A stretch of DNA of 23,062 nt, taken from positions 23,715,468 through 23,738,529 of the forward strand of contig CM119267.1 in NCBI GenBank assembly GCA_051294375.1, in the 5' to 3' direction. The number at the start of each line of letters is the position of its first letter. Within the stretch, counting starts at the first letter, position 1. Position numbers and translations under genes: made by a program. This document shows positions 1 through 10,638 of this stretch, in pieces. Source of the stretch: Paraspadella gotoi. Its lineage: Eukaryota > Animalia > Chaetognatha. The notes beneath the pieces are model-generated. The model saw nothing but the letters and a program-made list of their open reading frames with translations. It was not told the DNA's origin and searched no databases.

Positions 1-158
1 TCTCTTTTCTTTTTTCCTTTTTTTCTTTCCTCTTCATTCACCCGAAAATACTCTGCCACCAAAAAAAAATTTCTTTTTCTCTCCGTCGAACTTTCTTTGT
101 CGATTTCACTTAGGTATTTTTAGGTGAACCTTTTTTCTCTCACAACCTTTTCACTTCC

Positions 159-225
<67 letters not shown>

Positions 226-492
226 ATCTATCTGTTTTCTCTCAAGCACATCGACTTTCTCCCATAGGTTCTCCAGAATCTACCATCTCAAATCAATTTA
301 AGCTTTTTGAAAATATTTTGATATTCTTTCTGCCCATGAAGAATTAAAAGTATGTAACATGAGAGAGATTCACTTCAGAACAGCCGGGCTTAAAACCTCA
401 TCTCACCCAACCACACAAGATGTGCCACCCCCTGAAATTTAAGCTATGACTAACAGCAATCGAAGAAACTGTGTTGTCAAAAAATTAAGTTT

Positions 493-746
493 TGTGGACG
501 AACAACCATAAGACGCAACCCCGGTCAACTAATTGGCCTTACTTCAACCTTACCCTCAATTATTTTGCTCTTCTCTTTATGGTCAAACTTTGAAGAATAA
601 ATCATTCTTACTCTGAAACTTGTGTCGTCCACACGTGATGAGCCCGACTGGGAAAAAAAGAAACAAAAAAGAAAAACAATCGAGGGGAAGGTTGAAGTAA
701 GGTCAATTAGTTGACCGGGGTTGCGTCTTATGGTTGTTTGTCCACA
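493..746. mobile_element. Non-autonomous DNA transposon (MITE) with about 70-bp TIRs, TGT...ACA termini and a 4-bp TSD; Ginger-like
   Basis: The left arm 493-561 (tgtggacgaacaaccataagacgcaaccccggtcaactaattggccttacttcaacctt...) is the reverse complement of the right arm ending at 746, with about 4 mismatches. GTTT flanks both sides (489-492 and 747-750). TGT/ACA ends with a 4-bp TSD match the Ginger superfamily; that assignment is an inference. Confidence 0.85.
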
Positions 747-757
747 GTTTCTCATAA

Positions 758-1000
758 TTGTAGCATTCGAAATTGCAATGATCAAATCTGCAGCAAACGA
801 GGATTCCAATCTCTCAAAACGCAGCATCGAAGATTTGCAATGATCAAAACTGCAGCGCTTGAAGATTCCGATCTTTTTAAACTGCAGCACAAAGATTTTA
901 ATGTCACCCGAAGATTTTGATCGTTTAAACTGCAGCACACGAAGATTGACTTAATCCAATCATCCAAAGATTCAGATTTCTCAAACTTCAGCACCCAAAG
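758..1000. repeat. Degenerate minisatellite, about 31-bp unit (core aaactgcagcaNNgaagatt)
   Basis: The ctgcagc-like core recurs at about 758, 788, 819, 850, 882, 930 and 986. Confidence 0.7.
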
Positions 1001-1325
1001 AACTGAATCTCAAAACGAAAGACCTGTCCGCCTCAAATCGCCGGTGGTGCCCCAAGACGACGGCGCCCAAAAACCCTGCACGCCCCGAAACCACCGGCGC
1101 CCAAAGACCCCACCCTCCACGTCCGCCCGTCCTGCGGCGCTCACAGTCTCAGAAAAACCGAGTAAGGAAGAAAAGGAGAGAAAAAAAAGAAAAGATTCTA
1201 AAGTTATGGTCCATATCGTTTATGCCTCTCGTATAAAAGATTCATGGCGTCGGGAGCGAACTCGAAGGGACCGTAGTGAGTGTTTTGCGACACAGAGAGA
1301 GGGTGAGTTTTCAAAAAGGTAAGGT

Positions 1326-1370
<45 letters not shown>

Positions 1371-1372
1371 GG

Positions 1373-1411
<39 letters not shown>
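1326..1411. repeat. (GA)n microsatellite, representative of many GA/TC tracts (e.g. 161-225, 2313-2456, 2685-2770, 4925-5022, 6690-6770, 6960-7040, 13020-13300, 15916-15991, 19543-19624, 20183-20250, 21135-21205, 21700-21797)
   Basis: Directly visible dinucleotide runs; they generate the spurious ER/RE and SL/LS ORFs. Confidence 0.98.
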
Positions 1412-1412
<1 letters not shown>

Positions 1413-1520
1413 GTGGAAGGGAGGTGAGGGAAGGAAATATGAAAAAAAAGTTAAAAAAGGTTTTTTAGTTTTTGTAAAGACCTTATCGGTCTTATTTTCC
1501 CTAAACGTCCTTTTTGTTTT

Positions 1521-1670
1521 AGATTAGGGTTAGGTTATGGAGTAAGGTTAGGAATTAAGGTTAGGTATTAAGTTTAGGTATTAAGGTTAGGTATTAAGGT
1601 TAGGGATTAAGGTTAGGGATTAGGATTAGAGGCTAGGATTAGAAATTAAGGATAAGGATTTAGGATTATA
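1521..1670 (+). repeat. Telomere-like (TTAGG/TTAGGG-containing) degenerate tandem repeat with a 13-bp unit, ttaaggttagg(t/g)a
   Basis: Five near-identical 13-mers at about 1555-1620, decaying on both sides. Confidence 0.8.
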
Positions 1671-1878
1671 GATCTGTATTAATTTTAAGTTTAAAGATTA
1701 AAATTTTATATATAAAGGTTTAAATGTTTAACAATATATTTATGCTAAATATTGAAGTAATGATGAAGACTTGAATCAAAAGTCAAAACATATCCACTGT
1801 CTCAAAATAAAATCGTTGTGAAACTATTTAAAACTTTTTCCTAAAATTGAAGTTAAATTTTAATTCTGGAATGTACGA

Positions 1879-2098
1879 ACAGAAATGTAGCACTCTCGGA
1901 AAAGAGAGCCAACAGAAATGCAACACTCATGTAAAAGTGAGTCAACAGAAATTGAACACTCTTGGAAAAAAGAGCCAACAGAAATGGGGCACTCTCGGAA
2001 AAGAGAGTTTTAACTCTCAGAAAAAAGAGTCAACAGAAATGGGGCACTCTCGGAAAAAAGAGCAAACAAAAATGAGGCACTCTCGGAAAAGAGAGCCG
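1879..2098. repeat. 33-bp minisatellite (acagaaatggggcactctcggaaaagagagcca), about 6.5 copies
   Basis: Units start at 1879, 1912, 1945, 1978, then one truncated 22-bp unit, then 2033 and 2066. Confidence 0.92.
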
Positions 2099-2326
2099 AG
2101 TTTTCTTGGCTGTTCATCTTAAATGCGAGTGAGTTCGAGAGTAAGGCGATTATTCAGTAAGAGTTTGAAAGTGAGTTCTGTGAAATACGTGTCTTCCTTG
2201 AGCGAGGTGAGTCGAGATATTTTAACGAGAGAGGATGTGAACTAAATCTCACAGAAAACAAACTAATCGTCTGGATCTCTCACGGCGGAAGGCCCATCTC
2301 GGAATGTTTCTGTCTCTCTCTCTCTC

Positions 2327-2460
<134 letters not shown>

Positions 2461-2686
2461 ACATCCAAGTTTCCTTTGTTTTTAAACTCGCCTCTCTTCA
2501 TCATCATTCTCGATGATGGAGGTTTTCCCTTTGCTTTCCTCCCATTTTCGTTTCCTCCTTTTCTTCATTCTTCTTCTTCCTCCTCCTCCTCCTCCTCCTG
2601 CTCCTCCTCTTCCTCCACCATTTTCCTCTACTTTCCCAGGACAGATATTTTTCATAGCGACGACCGGACACAAAAACTTTGTTGTG

Positions 2687-2736
<50 letters not shown>

Positions 2737-3501
2737 ACTCTCTCACTCTCTCTCGCTCTCTCTCTCTCTCCATCCCACCTGCTCTTTATTTTTTCAGGAC
2801 CCAAAAATGTGGGAATTTTTTTTTTTATTATGGATTCGTAATTTTCTCTGGTCGAGTCTGTGGCTCCAGAAAGAATGATGATCCCTAAGTGGGAAATTTC
2901 ATTATTCTTTAAAAGAACTTTATACTTGATACTAAAGTAAATTACATTAATACTTGATAAATTAAATGGTTCTTAATTCTCAGCCAATTAAAAAGCCCAG
3001 AAATTTTTAAATAAACTCGAAATTTTTCAGTTAGAAAAACACATTTGGTTTCAATAGTGAGTGAAAGAGTGATGGAATGAAATTGGTACAATGAATATAA
3101 TTATCCATTTATTCAATAAATAAACTATCCTTCTTTCAAAATAATTACATAGCTGGACCAGCTGATAAGTGACCTAAAGACAACTGGGTTTTCCATGCCT
3201 CCCGGCCGTCCTCACACTTCCCTTTTGGGATCGTTCCCGGTACCTAAAGGTCAAAGCGCCATCAGGTCACAACTGAAGAAGTTATGCTTATAAGCGGGGT
3301 GTACTGGTCTCAATACCCGACTACGGGGTCAACAAGCTTTTTTTTTTGCAAGTATCATCTATTGATGCCTTGAATGTATATGGTTTTCTCATTCTACCCA
3401 CGAGAGGGAAAATGAGTCTGCCTCAACTTGGCCGAATTCGCATCAAGTGATTTCTGTTTCTCTCGATTTCGTCTGCGGATTTCGATTTGTTTATATCAAT
3501 T

Positions 3502-3586
3502 TGGCGGGAAGATCGTCGATTGGCGGGAAGATCGTCGATTGGCCGGAAGATCGTCGATTGGCGGGAAGATCGTTGATTGGCGAAAA
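3502..3586. repeat. 19-bp minisatellite (tggcgggaagatcgtcgat), about 4.3 copies
   Basis: Units start at 3502, 3521, 3540, 3559 and 3578. Confidence 0.95.
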
Positions 3587-3853
3587 GAGAGATTCGAGCT
3601 AAGAAATGATAAACAATCATAAATGATAATAGTAAAGAAAACTATGATAATAAGATGAATGAAAAATAACAATTATTTTGACGTTTTAAAATAAATATTA
3701 TAATACTTTCCTACAACTGTTTTGCACGCCAAACAGTTTAAACATTAAATTCTACATATTATACGAAACGAAAAGAATTTTGGCCATAATTTAGTAAAAA
3801 TACGGTTTAATTAGCCCATGGAGGTATGAGAGCCATTTTTTATGCATTTAAGT

Positions 3854-3990
3854 GCACTATGGTTTAAGCGCATTGATTGATAGCACAGTGGTTTTTGTGC
3901 CCTTAATGAGAGCGCAGTGGCTTCGGCGCTCTACAAGAAAGCACAGTAGTTTTTGAGCCTTTTATGAGCGCACAGTGGTTTTGGCACAGA
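3854..3990. repeat. Degenerate 29-bp minisatellite (core gcacagtggttt), 5 copies
   Basis: The core starts at 3854, 3883, 3912, 3941 and 3970, an exact 29-bp period. Confidence 0.85.
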
Positions 3991-4091
3991 GAAATATATT
4001 TCGTCGTCGACGCACGAAAACAAAGAAGAGAAAAGACATTTTAACGCAGCAGTGAAGTCGCGTGCTATTGGGCGCGGTTCCGAAGAGCGGG

Positions 4092-4497
4092 NNNNNNNNN
4101 NNNNNNNNNNNNNNNNNNNNNNNNNNNNNNNNNNNNNNNNNNNNNNNNNNNNNNNNNNNNNNNNNNNNNNNNNNNNNNNNNNNNNNNNNNNNNNNNNNNN
4201 NNNNNNNNNNNNNNNNNNNNNNNNNNNNNNNNNNNNNNNNNNNNNNNNNNNNNNNNNNNNNNNNNNNNNNNNNNNNNNNNNNNNNNNNNNNNNNNNNNNN
4301 NNNNNNNNNNNNNNNNNNNNNNNNNNNNNNNNNNNNNNNNNNNNNNNNNNNNNNNNNNNNNNNNNNNNNNNNNNNNNNNNNNNNNNNNNNNNNNNNNNNN
4401 NNNNNNNNNNNNNNNNNNNNNNNNNNNNNNNNNNNNNNNNNNNNNNNNNNNNNNNNNNNNNNNNNNNNNNNNNNNNNNNNNNNNNNNNNNNNNNNNN
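4092..4497. other. Assembly gap (other gaps: 4826-4900, 8571-8857, 9701-10004, 10770-10964, 14361-15247, 16148-16321)
   Basis: Runs of N, several adjoining GA/TC microsatellites. Confidence 1.
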
Positions 4498-4914
4498 TCT
4501 CTCGTTTTTCTCCCTCTCGCAACTCTGCCTGGGCGAGAAACAATTTATCTCCACTTTCTGCCACCGAAATGAGTCGTCCTTCGCCTCTCGGGAATTCTGA
4601 AAAGAGCGAGAGAGAGAGAGAGCGAGAGGGAGAGGGAGACGTTTTGTGAACTCTCGCGTCAATCAACGCCTCCGCGATTCTCGTCGTTGCTCAACAACTT
4701 TTTTTTTTGGTCACGTGATCCGAAATCTCCGAAAAACTCATTTTTCCAACTTTTTTCTTTTTTTTTCTTTCTTTTTTCCTTTCAATCTTTAGCTTTCATT
4801 TCCTTTGTTTTATATTATATTTATTNNNNNNNNNNNNNNNNNNNNNNNNNNNNNNNNNNNNNNNNNNNNNNNNNNNNNNNNNNNNNNNNNNNNNNNNNNN
4901 CAACTCCCTCTCCT

Positions 4915-5024
<110 letters not shown>

Positions 5025-5574
5025 AGCTTCCTCCCGTCTTCAACATTTAAATTTTGCTCATTCATAAAAGTCGTCTGAGCTAAAAAAAAAAAAAACTAAT
5101 TGCCGTTTCGGTTGTCAACTGTCGTCGTCGTCGTCGTCGTCGTCGTCGTTATCATCGTTCTTTTTAAGATTTCGTTTCCTATTTTGATCATTTTTTTTTT
5201 GTTTATTTGTTATACAAAAAATTATATTCTTTAAAACTAATTCGTCTCATTTTCTCTTTCTTTTTTATTTCACTTTATTTCACAATTCTATTATGTCGCG
5301 TTTTCTTTTTTTTATCACTGGGTCCCCTTAAACTCAACCTAATTTTAAATAAGTTTCTCTTTCTTCTCTCGATAATATTCGTTATTTTCCAACTTTCTCA
5401 CGAAGTCAAGCCAATGCATCTACGTATTATAATCATTGCCTAATTTCAATTTTCTTTTGTTTTTCAAATACTTAATTTCATCAGCTATCTGCTGAGAGCA
5501 AATTTGACCTTTTACTGTATTAAGTTTCTTGAGATCATATTTAGCTTTTTTCCTGACATGACTTTTTTAAACTT

Positions 5575-5795
5575 TTCTTGACTGTATATTTAGCTTATAT
5601 CTCTTGACGTCCAGTATATTTATCTTGTCTCTTGACTTCATTTTCATCCTATCTCCTGACTGCAAATTTTGCCAATCTCTTGAGTGCATACTTACCCGGT
5701 CACTTGACTTCATATTTAGCCTGACTCTTGCCTGCATTTTTCGCCTGACTCTTGACTGCATATTTAGCCTCTCTCTTGACTGCATATTTAGCCCT
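5575..5795. repeat. Degenerate 24-bp minisatellite (tcttgactgcatatttagcctgac)
   Basis: The tgac-like anchor recurs at 5633, 5657, 5681, 5705, 5729, 5753 and 5777, with more decayed copies upstream to about 5500. Confidence 0.85.
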
Positions 5796-6708
5796 TTGTC
5801 TCTCGTCCGTTCGACCATAAAAATTCTGATTTTACCTTCGGTCGTCGCATAAAGAGGGGGCAAGAAGAGGAGGAGGAGGGGAAGAAGGGAGAGAAGGAGG
5901 AGGAGGAAGAGGAGGAGAAAAAAAGGGAAGACAAAAAATATATCAAGAGGAAAAAAAGTTGTTTTGTTATCTCTTTTTTTTTCGTGTGAATTCGACAAGT
6001 CTTGGGCATTGAGCATTGGGTATCGGGCATTATAGGAATAGGAATAGTTTCTTTCTCTACTATTTAATTAAGTGTTGTTATTTTTGTTTTTTTGTTTTTT
6101 TGTTTTTTTTTAGACCTAGTCTTGCTTGATGTTATTGACTGTACTGAATCCACCATGTTGAATTCGAAATAAAAAGCATATTAAGCATTGGGCGAGAGAA
6201 CTGTGAAGATTGGGACGAGCGAAAAACTGTTTGTGTCTAGTCTTTAAAATTATTTCGGTTCTTTTAATTTTTTATGACATTTAAAGTTTTTGATCTTTGT
6301 GTTTTTACTTTATAGTGTCCTACTATTATTAACAAAAAAAGGAAATTTCTAGATGCTTAAGTTTAATGATTTATTCTGTCGTTAAGTCCATTTAAAAAAA
6401 TAATCTGCATATAGAGTTCGACACTAGCTTTTTATGAATTACAATTTTTTTATAGTCTATTTCGTTTAAAATCGTTTAAATTTAAAATCGCCAAATCGGC
6501 GAACAAAATGCTAATTTTTTTTTGCTCAAGATTTTCGACGGATGCTCTTTTGTTCTTTTGTGGAGATTTCCTTTTTTGTTTTCTTCTTTCGCCGCTAAAA
6601 AACAAGACGAGGCGGCGCTGGTTTCTCTCGAGGAAACAAAGAAGCACAATTGGGGGAAGAGAGATGTTTTGACTCCCGTTCGTGAGAAAGAGAGAGATGA
6701 GAGAGAGA

Positions 6709-6740
<32 letters not shown>

Positions 6741-7001
6741 TGAGAGAGAGAGAGGAGAGAGAGAGAGAGAAAAGATCTTAGGGTTGAATGTCTATACTAA
6801 TTTTGTTATTTCTTCTGATCCAAATTAATTTTTCCACAAAAGTTTTTTGCCATATTCCTTGGCAATATTGAGTTCATTTATGTACTGTTTGGTAAAAATG
6901 AATTATTCAGGTAAAGAATGAGAATAAATCTAGTTTAAGATTATTCAGAAATTACGACTCTCTCTTCTTTCTCTCTCTCTCTCTCTCTCTCCTCTCTCTC
7001 T

Positions 7002-7043
<42 letters not shown>

Positions 7044-7087
7044 TGACCCTAGTAAGTCATAACGGGGTAAAAGGTGAGTTCGTGGGT

Positions 7088-7200
7088 TGAGTCAGAGAAT
7101 GAATATGTTGATTACTCTCTCTTGGCCACCTTCTTTTTTTTTTCCAAGATGGCCGCCGCTTCGTTCGTCCCGCGCAAAGAGAAGAGAGACGGCTGAGTCA
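7088..7200. promoter_or_regulatory. Candidate promoter/enhancer: two AP-1-type TGAGTCA sites flanking a YY1-type CAAGATGGCCGCC
   Basis: TGAGTCA at 7088-7094 and 7194-7200 and CAAGATGGCCGCC at 7145-7157, in a GC/CpG-rich patch. Motif match only. Confidence 0.3.
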
Positions 7201-7257
7201 CGGTGATCCTAAGGCGCCGCTCGACGAGGCGAACGAAGATGTCTAAAGACGTGGGCG

Positions 7258-7413
7258 ATGGGCGTGGCAAGATTGTATGACGCTGGGAGTGGAAAGTGTG
7301 GTGTGGGACGTGGCAAGTGTGCCGATGAGCTTCAATTGTGTGGCGACTGTTTCGGTAGGTGTGGAGGAGGGGGTGGTAAGTATGGCGATGGTTGTGGCAA
7401 GTGTGGCTATTAG
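7258..7413 (+). CDS. Possible 51-aa Gly/Cys-rich small ORF built on a degenerate 21-bp repeat
   Basis: Hand translation gives MGVARLYDAGSGKCGVGRGKCADELQLCGDCFGRCGGGGGKYGDGCGKCGY*. It is shorter than any ORF in the supplied track and may be a non-coding minisatellite. Confidence 0.2.
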   Translation: MGVARLYDAGSGKCGVGRGKCADELQLCGDCFGRCGGGGGKYGDGCGKCGY

Positions 7414-9037
7414 CGTTGGAGTGTGGAGAAGGGAGGTGGCGCCGGTTATCACACAAGATTCTCCGATTAAAGACAAAGAGTCTTGTTGGGTGGAATAGCG
7501 AACTATGTATTTACTGGTTGTGTCGACATTTTTATCTGACCACGAGGCGAAAAATGGCGCTGGTTGACTTGTTTGTCGTCATCTTATTAAATCACGAAAG
7601 AGACTGGGATGGAAAAGCAGCACAAGCCGATTTCAACAACAACAACAACAATAACAACGTCGAAAATCTACACAGACATTGTTCGCCGGGAAGAAAAAAA
7701 AATGGTATTTTTATAGTTATACTTCGCTTCGCTTCTTAAAGAGAGAGGGATGAGGGAAAAAATGAAAAGGTAAAATGAAGAAGAAAATGAAGACAGAAAA
7801 AAGAATAAGAAATAATGAAAAGGAAAAATGAAGAAGAAAATGAAGAATACAAAAATCAAGTAGAAAAAATGAATTGAAAAAATCAAGAGAGAAAAGTAAA
7901 GGGAGAAATGAAGAAGAAAAAATGAAGAAGATAAATGAAGAAGAAAAAATGAAGCAAGTGGAAGAAAAAGAAGGAGATCGTGAGAAGCCGCGCGGTAATG
8001 GGCGAAGATTTAAAAAAACTGAGAATAATGGGGAGGAAAAGGTTTAACCGTTGGGGATAGAGTGTTGGAACTGTTGGGGAAGTGGGAGAGAGAGAACTGT
8101 TGGAAAGGAGAGAGGGAACAGTCGGTGTGGAGTGATTGAGATCTTTGCGATGAAGGGGTGATGGAACTGTGGGAGTGAAGAGCAGGAACTGTTGATGTAC
8201 AAAGGATGAAAGAGTTTCATTTAATGAAAGGAACTGTAAAAGTAGATGGAACTGCTGGAGGGGAGAGTGAGAATTGTCAATAATAAAAATTGCGAAAGGA
8301 GGAAAAGAGGAAAAAACAGGAAGGAAACTGAATTGTGATAGAAAAGACAGAAAAGATAGAAAATATAAGGAAAGAGTAAATTGTGAGTTTGGCTTTTTTT
8401 TTCGGAACGTAATTTACGACGAGAGATGAAACGGGAGGGAATACAACATCTGTTATCTTTTTTGGAAAAAAAAAACGATTTGTTGCACAAAGAAAATTTC
8501 GGAAAAAATTTTTTTTTATTTGTGATTTTTTTTCTTTGTTTTGGTAAAAGCAAAGATTCTTTCCCCCCCCNNNNNNNNNNNNNNNNNNNNNNNNNNNNNN
8601 NNNNNNNNNNNNNNNNNNNNNNNNNNNNNNNNNNNNNNNNNNNNNNNNNNNNNNNNNNNNNNNNNNNNNNNNNNNNNNNNNNNNNNNNNNNNNNNNNNNN
8701 NNNNNNNNNNNNNNNNNNNNNNNNNNNNNNNNNNNNNNNNNNNNNNNNNNNNNNNNNNNNNNNNNNNNNNNNNNNNNNNNNNNNNNNNNNNNNNNNNNNN
8801 NNNNNNNNNNNNNNNNNNNNNNNNNNNNNNNNNNNNNNNNNNNNNNNNNNNNNNNNNAGAGAGAGAGAGAGAGAGAGAGAGAGACGCAGACGGTGAGCCG
8901 CGAAAAATAGCGTAATTGAACCCGAGGGTGAGAGAGAAACTGGCGACGACAAAGAGAAAGAAAAGAGAAACAAGAAAAGGAAGAAATTTCGCGCAGTAGA
9001 GAAGGGCACTATTTTCTAAAAGCGCTCAGTTTCCGTT

Positions 9038-9270
9038 CCTTAACCTAACTAATTAATCTTAATAATTCAATAACATAACTACAATAAACGTAAGTTTTTA
9101 CTTAATACTTAACCAAAATTCCAAACCTTAATCGCTGAGTCAATCGTTTAACTTCTAACTTTAATCTAAAATCCTAATCCTCAACCAATTTCTAAAACTA
9201 AACCGCAACTTTAATCCTAATATAATCCTTAATTAATCCTTGTCTAACCTAACTTACCCCTCATCTAATT
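9038..9270 (-). repeat. Highly degenerate CCTAA/CCTAAC-type repeat (telomere-like motif on the minus strand)
   Basis: Recurrent cctaac/cctaat/cttaac/ctaaa motifs, in opposite orientation to the 1521-1670 tract. Confidence 0.55.
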
Positions 9271-10005
9271 TTTGACCATAAAAATATTTGAGGACGGTTG
9301 TTTGCGAAGCGGAATTACTGATATTGTCTGTTTGACTTTAGATTCGATGAACATACGGACACAAACTTCCACCGAATTTCGCAATATATATTTTTGGTGA
9401 CAGGTCCAGATTTTTCTAAAATACTACAAATCATTGTCTTGGTCGACAATGGCGTTAAAATATCCAATTCTCGAATTACTTTTCATTTCGTTTTGAATCA
9501 GTCGTTGTATGAGTTTTAAGCAATATCCCACACGTAACAGACATTTATATAGTTTTGATGCCATCAAAGATGGAATTTCTGAGGGCAGATGGTAGACGTC
9601 TTGCAGGCCGACGACTTCAGCGACCCGAGATGGCCAAAAAAAATTGGTGGCGGTGGGAGAGAAAATTTGAATTTCAAATGTTTCTTCTTTGATTTCTTTG
9701 NNNNNNNNNNNNNNNNNNNNNNNNNNNNNNNNNNNNNNNNNNNNNNNNNNNNNNNNNNNNNNNNNNNNNNNNNNNNNNNNNNNNNNNNNNNNNNNNNNNN
9801 NNNNNNNNNNNNNNNNNNNNNNNNNNNNNNNNNNNNNNNNNNNNNNNNNNNNNNNNNNNNNNNNNNNNNNNNNNNNNNNNNNNNNNNNNNNNNNNNNNNN
9901 NNNNNNNNNNNNNNNNNNNNNNNNNNNNNNNNNNNNNNNNNNNNNNNNNNNNNNNNNNNNNNNNNNNNNNNNNNNNNNNNNNNNNNNNNNNNNNNNNNNN
10001 NNNNN

Positions 10006-10040
<35 letters not shown>

Positions 10041-10607
10041 GAAGAGAAGAGAGTTGCTGTTACTTAGAAGAACAGTTGAAAACTGTTCAAGTTATTTGTT
10101 TGTTTGTTAACTTATTGATTTCGCCCCCCCTCCCAAAAAAAACAAAATTTTTTGACAAAAAACTTAGTTTTTCTTCATCATAAAATTAAGTTGCTTTTCG
10201 GTTTTTTGATTTTGTTCATTGCTTTTTCTGCAATATTACTTTAAGTAATCCACTTTTTAAAGTGTTTTTTTCTTCTTTTTTTTAAGAAGTTTTTAACATT
10301 TACGTTTCAGGAAGATTTCCTTTTTCCCCTTCCTTCTCCTCTTGAACCTTTTAAGCTTAATTGGCAAAGTAAAAAACAAGAACAACTTGGAGAAAGTTTG
10401 TTTGTTAGTTTGTTTGTTTGTTTGTTTGTTTGCAAAATGAAATTCAAGAACAACTTGGAGAACGTTTGTTAGTTTAGGAAAAGTCGATAAATTACAAAAC
10501 GCCAGGTTATTATTGAAGTTTTAGTCTCGGCTTCTCGCGTTTCTGGTTCTTTGTTTGAAAGTGAAGCTGGTGGAGAGAGACGACGGAATTAAACGGGAGA
10601 GGTTTCA

Positions 10608-10638
<31 letters not shown>

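Noticed and set aside
634-660. Hammerhead-ribozyme-like string gTGATGA-gccc-gact-ggg-AAAA inside the MITE
   Set aside because: It lacks the conserved C of CUGANGA and the closing C-G before GAAA, and I found no convincing stems I/III.
1044-1322. Pro-rich ORF with a donor-like GA|GTAAGG at about 1162
   Set aside because: It has only a GTG start, no clear acceptor and no recognisable domain. It could be an exon, but support is insufficient.
3150-3348. GC-richer segment ending in a T-run; possible SINE or Pol III RNA
   Set aside because: There is no convincing A-box/B-box pair, cloverleaf or TSD.
3854-3990. CRISPR-like array or iron-responsive elements (CAGTG loops)
   Set aside because: The units are contiguous homologous 29-mers without unique spacers, there are no cas genes and the context is eukaryotic. 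The 5-bp IRE upper stem does not form around CAGTGN.
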